NCBI GenBank assembly: GCA_030614005.1
Contig: JAUWKS010000004.1
Coordinates: 60,001 to 92,000 of the forward strand
DNA from: Candidatus Heimdallarchaeota archaeon
Lineage (GTDB): Archaea; Asgardarchaeota; Heimdallarchaeia; JABLTI01
Length of the DNA: 32,000 bases
Direction: 5' to 3'
Shown here: positions 27,704-32,000 of the stretch, one piece after another
Layout of the letters: each line of letters starts with the position of its first letter
Position numbering within the stretch: the first letter of the stretch is position 1
The notes under the pieces: model-generated
What the model saw: only the letters and a program-made list of their open reading frames with translations
What the model was told of the DNA's origin: nothing
The model's database searches: none
Position numbers and translations under genes: made by a program

Positions 27704-28570
27704 TCACCTTCGTTTAGCGAATAGTTGGATTCGCGCTATATGATCACTCAATGTTGGCTTATCTTCTTTATCGACAAATTTACCGACAACGATTTTATTA
27801 CCCAAATTAAGTTCTGCGTCACCAGGGTCAATGCCATGTCGGATAATCGTATTTTCTCTAAAGAATTCCAACATCTTAATTCCTTCCTCATAGTCATTTC
27901 TTCTACCGAAAGTAGTTGGACACGGAGGAATTACTTCAATGAACGAGAAGCCTTTCTTTTTGATTGCTTCGACCATTGAGGCTTGCAATCGTCTTGCATT
28001 TAGAGAAGTCCATCTTGCAACATAAATCGCTCCAGCAGAAGCTACCAAATGGCAGAGATTAAAGTTTGGTTCAACATTTCCATAAGGAGAAGTTGAAGTC
28101 CAAGCTCCCATTGGAGTTGTTGGTGCTAATTGACCACCTGTCATTCCATAAATGAAATTATTTGAACAGATTACTGTAATGTCAGCATTTCTTCTTGCCG
28201 CATGGATTATATGATTTCCACCAATAGCGAATAAATCGCCATCACCTGAAAATACAATTACTTTTAGCTCAGGATTTGCTAATTTTAATCCGATAGCAAA
28301 TGGTATTGCTCTACCGTGTGTTGTATGGAATACATCTAGATCTAAGTAACCAGATGCTCTTCCAGTGCATCCGATTCCAGATACAACCACAATTTTCTTT
28401 GTATCTATTCCGGATTCGGCAATTGCATGGATGAAACATGAAAGCACACTACCTAAACCACAACCACTACACCATACGTGTGGGAGTCGGTCCCAACGTA
28501 ATAAGTAATCCATTGGATGTCTTTTTGCTTCTAGTATAGTATCATCAACTTTTTCTTCTGAGATGGTCAT
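27704..28570 (-). CDS. korB: 2-oxoacid:ferredoxin oxidoreductase beta subunit (KorB-like)
   Basis: WCSGCG, GIGC, TPP motif GDGD...NN, and PCPT. Confidence 0.9.
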   Translation of the reverse strand: MTISEEKVDDTILEAKRHPMDYLLRWDRLPHVWCSGCGLGSVLSCFIHAIAESGIDTKKIVVVSGIGCTGRASGYLDLDVFHTTHGRAIPFAIGLKLANPELKVIVFSGDGDLFAIGGNHIIHAARRNADITVICSNNFIYGMTGGQLAPTTPMGAWTSTSPYGNVEPNFNLCHLVASAGAIYVARWTSLNARRLQASMVEAIKKKGFSFIEVIPPCPTTFGRRNDYEEGIKMLEFFRENTIIRHGIDPGDAELNLGNKIVVGKFVDKEDKPTLSDHIARIQLFAKRR

Positions 28571-29733
28571 TTCTTCTTTACCTCCTCGATTTTCGCTAGT
28601 ATTTCTTTTGGGGTGTGAACAGTCCCACCTAGCTTTGAGGATAGCACAACAGGAACACTCTTTCGGGTTGCTTCTCTAACCTCTTTGACTATTTGTCCAT
28701 TGTTAATCTCTGCTACAACAATAGCATCAACTTTTTTCGCTAGTTCTTCAATAAGCTTCGTTGGAAAAGGCCAAATTGTAATTAAGCGAAGTAGGCCAGC
28801 TTTAATTCCTTTCTTTCGGGCAAGGTTTACTGCGCCTTTTGCAGATCTAGCAGTTATTCCATATGAGATAACAAGTACTTTTGCATCTTTTGTCATGTAT
28901 TCTTCTGTTAATCGGATTTTTTCTTCATTCAGTAATATTTTGTCACACAAACGTTTTACTAATATTTCTTGGGCTTCTGGTGTTATTACTGGATATCCTT
29001 TTGTATCGTGAGTTAATCCTGTAACAAAAACATTGTAACCTTCTCCGGCGGCAGCCATCGGAGGAATCATATCTGCATCAGGTTTAAAAGTCAAATGATT
29101 TTTCTTTGAACCTGTTGGTTTCTTTCTGTTTTCAATTTTTATTTTGGACTTGGTGGGGATAATTAGTTTTTCAACCATATGACATATTGATTCATCAGTT
29201 AGCATAATAACTGGTGTTCTATATTTCTCTGCAAGATTAAAGGCTTCAATCGATAAATCGAATGCTTCCTGCACAGAATTGGGTGAAAGGGCTATTAATT
29301 CATAATCGCCATGAGAGCCCCAGCGTGCTTGCATAACATCTCCTTGTCCTACAAGTGTTGGGAGACCTGTTGAAGGTCCTGCCCTTTGAACATTAATAAT
29401 AACAAAGGGAGTTTCAGTCATGGCTCCAAGGCCTATGTTCTCCATCATTAAAGAAATACCGGGACCAGACGTTGCGGTCATGGATTTCCTGCCAGCCCAA
29501 GAAGCGCCTAAAATAGTAGCAATTGAAGCAATTTCGTCTTCCATTTGGATGAAAACTCCACCCACCTGCGGTAAACGACGAGACATTCTCTCAGCGATTT
29601 CACTCGAAGGGGTGATTGGGTATCCACCAAAAAATCTGCAACCAGCTGCTAGGCAACCTTCTGCAATAGCTTCATTACCACTTATGTAGTGCTCTCCGGT
29701 TAAGACGTCATGTATTGATGCTTTTTTACTCAT
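28567..29733 (-). CDS. korA: 2-oxoacid:ferredoxin oxidoreductase alpha subunit (KorA-like)
   Basis: GYPITPSSE, QMEDE, TSGPG and QRAGPSTGLPT. Confidence 0.92.
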   Translation of the reverse strand: MSKKASIHDVLTGEHYISGNEAIAEGCLAAGCRFFGGYPITPSSEIAERMSRRLPQVGGVFIQMEDEIASIATILGASWAGRKSMTATSGPGISLMMENIGLGAMTETPFVIINVQRAGPSTGLPTLVGQGDVMQARWGSHGDYELIALSPNSVQEAFDLSIEAFNLAEKYRTPVIMLTDESICHMVEKLIIPTKSKIKIENRKKPTGSKKNHLTFKPDADMIPPMAAAGEGYNVFVTGLTHDTKGYPVITPEAQEILVKRLCDKILLNEEKIRLTEEYMTKDAKVLVISYGITARSAKGAVNLARKKGIKAGLLRLITIWPFPTKLIEELAKKVDAIVVAEINNGQIVKEVREATRKSVPVVLSSKLGGTVHTPKEILAKIEEVKKK

Positions 29734-29779
29734 TCAAATTCGCCTTGTTCATTTTATTCAATTGATTCCGAATTTTAGA

Positions 29780-30088
29780 TTATTTTTTTGCACCTGTTGT
29801 ATCTTCTTCTTTCTCAAGGAATATTGAGAATTCGGGGCAAATCAATTCACAGAAACCACATTTTGCGCAATCGTCCATATCCATATCATCCTTGATTTTT
29901 GGAGGATGATACCCTTTAGAATTAATTTCCGGAGAACTTTCTAGTAACTCCGTTGGACAAAAGTTTATACAAAATAAGCATCCTTTACATCGATCTGTTA
30001 TGATCTTTAAGTGCCATTTCTCCTGCTCTTTATATTCGGGAGGTATAAATGATATTATTTTTCTAAGTGTCATGTGCAAACGCAACAT
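29780..30088 (-). CDS. korD: 2x[4Fe-4S] ferredoxin, KorD-like delta subunit (start may be ATG at 30073)
   Basis: CKGCLFCINFCP and CAKCGFCELICP; first gene of the kor cluster. Confidence 0.85.
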   Translation of the reverse strand: MLRLHMTLRKIISFIPPEYKEQEKWHLKIITDRCKGCLFCINFCPTELLESSPEINSKGYHPPKIKDDMDMDDCAKCGFCELICPEFSIFLEKEEDTTGAKK

Positions 30089-30136
30089 TTACAATTTGTG
30101 AGAAGTGTAATTTTCTTATGCTTAAAAAATTATTCT

Positions 30137-30158
30137 ATTGAGTTTGATATTACTCAAT
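30137..30158. promoter_or_regulatory. Palindrome ATTGAGT-N8-ACTCAAT upstream of the kor-hdr-mvh-frd operon
   Basis: Perfect 7-bp arms next to a minus-strand TTTTTAAG TATA-like box (30121-30128). Confidence 0.35.
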
Positions 30159-30282
30159 TGTTTATTATTCAAATTAGAATCACTTCGAATGTATTAATTA
30201 CTTATATAGACATGTTCAAAATTTAGAAGAGAGAGAAATTTGAGTAAAATTGTTTTTTAATTCAAATTAAAGATTGAATAGA

Positions 30283-30389
30283 ATGTAATCTATGTCAAGA
30301 ATGTAATGAATGTAACTTATGTTATGAATGTAATCTATGGAAATATGTTATCTATGTAATGTATGTAAAGAATGTAATCGATGTAAGTA
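30283..30389. repeat. Degenerate tandem repeat, 12 units of 9 nt (consensus ATGTAATNN; one unit is 8 nt)
   Basis: ATG(T) cores at 30283, 30292, 30301, 30310, 30319, 30328, 30337, 30345, 30354, 30363, 30372 and 30381. Confidence 0.85.
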
Positions 30390-30440
30390 AATTATATATC
30401 AAAAAACAAGAAAAAAATGAGAAATCAAAAAGAATACAAA

Positions 30441-31370
30441 TTATCGCGGAAGGTCTAAAGGATAAAGGTCTCCAACCAGTTTTCTCAAGTTAAGATGTTC
30501 ATCATTCATTGAATTAGCATTATATAATACATTTCTTGCAATTTCAATAGCTCTTTGAATGGGGTCAGTATTACCCATTAAGAATGCAATAACATGAGAT
30601 TTTTCTTTTACAAAAACTACTTTGTAATTTGCAATTTCAATAACTTCTTCACCAGTACCATAAATACGCATTGTTCGAGAAAAAACACGTGCTTTTCGTC
30701 TTAATTCCCTAAAAGCAGTTAAAAGCAAAATATTTGGGTTGTCAACAAATAATGCTTCGAAGGTTCGATCAGTTTCTTCGTCTAGAATTAGTGAAGCTCT
30801 AAGTTCAATATAATCTATTATTCGTTCTTTTTGTTTGAAAAGAGATTTATTCAACCATTCTCCAATTGCATATAATCCTTCTCCAGTTTGAGAAGAAAAT
30901 TTGAAAAGATCACATTCACATTTATTTCGATCCAATTTTATCAAATCGAGTTGTTCTAGTAGTTCGTTTACTGGAACTGAAGATTTATGATCTGATTTTG
31001 ATGCTAGAACCAGCATTTTAATTGGAGAGTTAAATTCGACTACATCTATTATAAGTTGCCTGATTTTTTCAAAAACTGATGGATCAGTTGAATCCACTAA
31101 AAAAAATAATGCATCAGCACCCAATATTGAGCGTTTCCATAATGACTTATATTGAGGTATATGATCTTTCAAATCCCAAGTAGTTAGTGTTAAATTATCA
31201 ACAGTATGATACTCCAGTTCGGAAACAGCAGAAATCGAACCGTGCAAAAATTCTTGTGATTGAATTATTCTTTTTACTAATGATGTCTTACCTGAATTAG
31301 TTAAACCGATTAATGCAATAGAAACTTTAGTTTCAGATTTTGAGATTATTCCTTTTATTGCAGACATCAT
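30441..31370 (-). CDS. Arf/Arl-like small GTPase domain (degenerate) fused to a C-terminal alpha/beta domain
   Basis: GLTNSGKT, WDL, LWKR, FLVDSTD, SKSD and SSQTGEG; about 130 extra C-terminal residues. Confidence 0.8.
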   Translation of the reverse strand: MMSAIKGIISKSETKVSIALIGLTNSGKTSLVKRIIQSQEFLHGSISAVSELEYHTVDNLTLTTWDLKDHIPQYKSLWKRSILGADALFFLVDSTDPSVFEKIRQLIIDVVEFNSPIKMLVLASKSDHKSSVPVNELLEQLDLIKLDRNKCECDLFKFSSQTGEGLYAIGEWLNKSLFKQKERIIDYIELRASLILDEETDRTFEALFVDNPNILLLTAFRELRRKARVFSRTMRIYGTGEEVIEIANYKVVFVKEKSHVIAFLMGNTDPIQRAIEIARNVLYNANSMNDEHLNLRKLVGDLYPLDLPR

Positions 31371-31469
31371 TCCAAATCCAATAGTTAGTACTAACTAATC
31401 AGTAGATAGTATTTAATGGTATATCTTGTGATATTAAGATAACTATCACAATTTCTGAAAAATAATTTG

Positions 31470-31485
31470 GAGGGATTAGTCCCTC
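31470..31485 (-). terminator. Hairpin GAGGGA-N4-TCCCTC just downstream of the Pro-rich gene
   Basis: 6-bp GC-rich stem located 11 nt after the stop at 31497. Confidence 0.4.
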
Positions 31486-31496
31486 TATTTTACTAG

Positions 31497-32000
31497 TTAC
31501 TCTCGAGTTTCTTCACTCATGAATTTCTTCAATCGTGCTAATTCTCTCAGCATTTCCATTCTCAGACCACTTATACTTTGGCCATCGCCATCACCAGTTG
31601 GTGCGACAGGAGCTGTTGTAGGTGCGGCAGGTGTGGACGTAGGAACAGGGGGAGGAGCCATATTTGATGTAGTGGGAGGAGCTATTGGGGAAGAGGAAGG
31701 TAATTTTGGTGGTAATGGAGGTGTTGAAACTATTGGAGGCGCTACGCTAGGAGGAACAACAGTTGTTGGTCTAGCGGTTGCGGATACAGGTGGAATTCTT
31801 GGGGGAGTAGGAATTGGTGAAGATGGTTTTGATGGGGGAGTGCCCAATGAGGGAGCTCTAGGAGGACCTATTGATGGAATACTTGGAGGACCAGTAGTTG
31901 GGGGGGCAGGGACACCAGGTACGCGGGGGGCAGTTGAAGGAATGCCGGGAGTACTTGAGGGAGGAGGTGGTATTGAACTTTGTCCAGTACTTGGAGCAAT
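31497..32000 (-). CDS. 3-prime part of a proline-rich protein ending in an amphipathic helix; 5-prime end lies outside the window
   Basis: The frame is open from the window edge to the stop at 31497 (IAPSTGQSSIPPPPSSTPG...SISGLRMEMLRELARLKKFMSEETRE). The listed TTG start at 31847 is internal. Confidence 0.85.
   Translation of the reverse strand: MAPSTGQSSIPPPPSSTPGIPSTAPRVPGVPAPPTTGPPSIPSIGPPRAPSLGTPPSKPSSPIPTPPRIPPVSATARPTTVVPPSVAPPIVSTPPLPPKLPSSSPIAPPTTSNMAPPPVPTSTPAAPTTAPVAPTGDGDGQSISGLRMEMLRELARLKKFMSEETRE

Noticed and set aside
472-29689. Many short ORFs antisense to or nested in assigned genes (for example 472-741, 7703-7999, 18698-18931, 28685-29011)
   Set aside because: They lie within well-supported CDSs and carry no motifs; shadow frames.
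30283-30389. CRISPR array
   Set aside because: The units are 9 nt with no unique spacers, and there are no cas genes.
1-32000. Mobile elements, integrase next to the tRNA, rRNA
   Set aside because: No transposase or integrase motifs, att-like tRNA duplications or rRNA-like sequence were seen.

Overview
AT-rich archaeal DNA. Archaeal-type ThrRS, TFE, RibK/RbkR, DHS and an intron-containing tRNA mark it as archaeal, and an Arf-like GTPase plus a Pro-rich protein suggest Asgard archaea (inference). The left half is mostly housekeeping and metabolic: riboflavin kinase/regulator, CinA, DHS, TFE, DUF2110, Tmk, ThrRS, SDR, a six-hairpin glycoside hydrolase, a GGR-family reductase and an AAA+/wHTH ATPase. 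It also holds a tRNA-Cys(GCA) that I could fold by hand only after removing two introns, one at 37/38 and one at the non-canonical 53/54 position. A DAO-family flavoprotein is split by one in-frame TGA and converges on a second interrupted ORF. The right half is a tight 13-gene minus-strand operon: korDABC-hdrA-mvhDGA-maturation protease-hdrCB-frdB-like-frdA-like. It has no membrane anchor, which suggests a soluble H2-driven, electron-bifurcating module tied to fumarate reduction and 2-oxoacid carboxylation. Upstream lie a 9-nt tandem array that reads (Cys-X-X)n, a degenerate Arf-like GTPase fusion and the C-terminus of a proline-rich protein ending in a WH2-like helix. All family calls come from motifs recognised by eye; no database searches were run.
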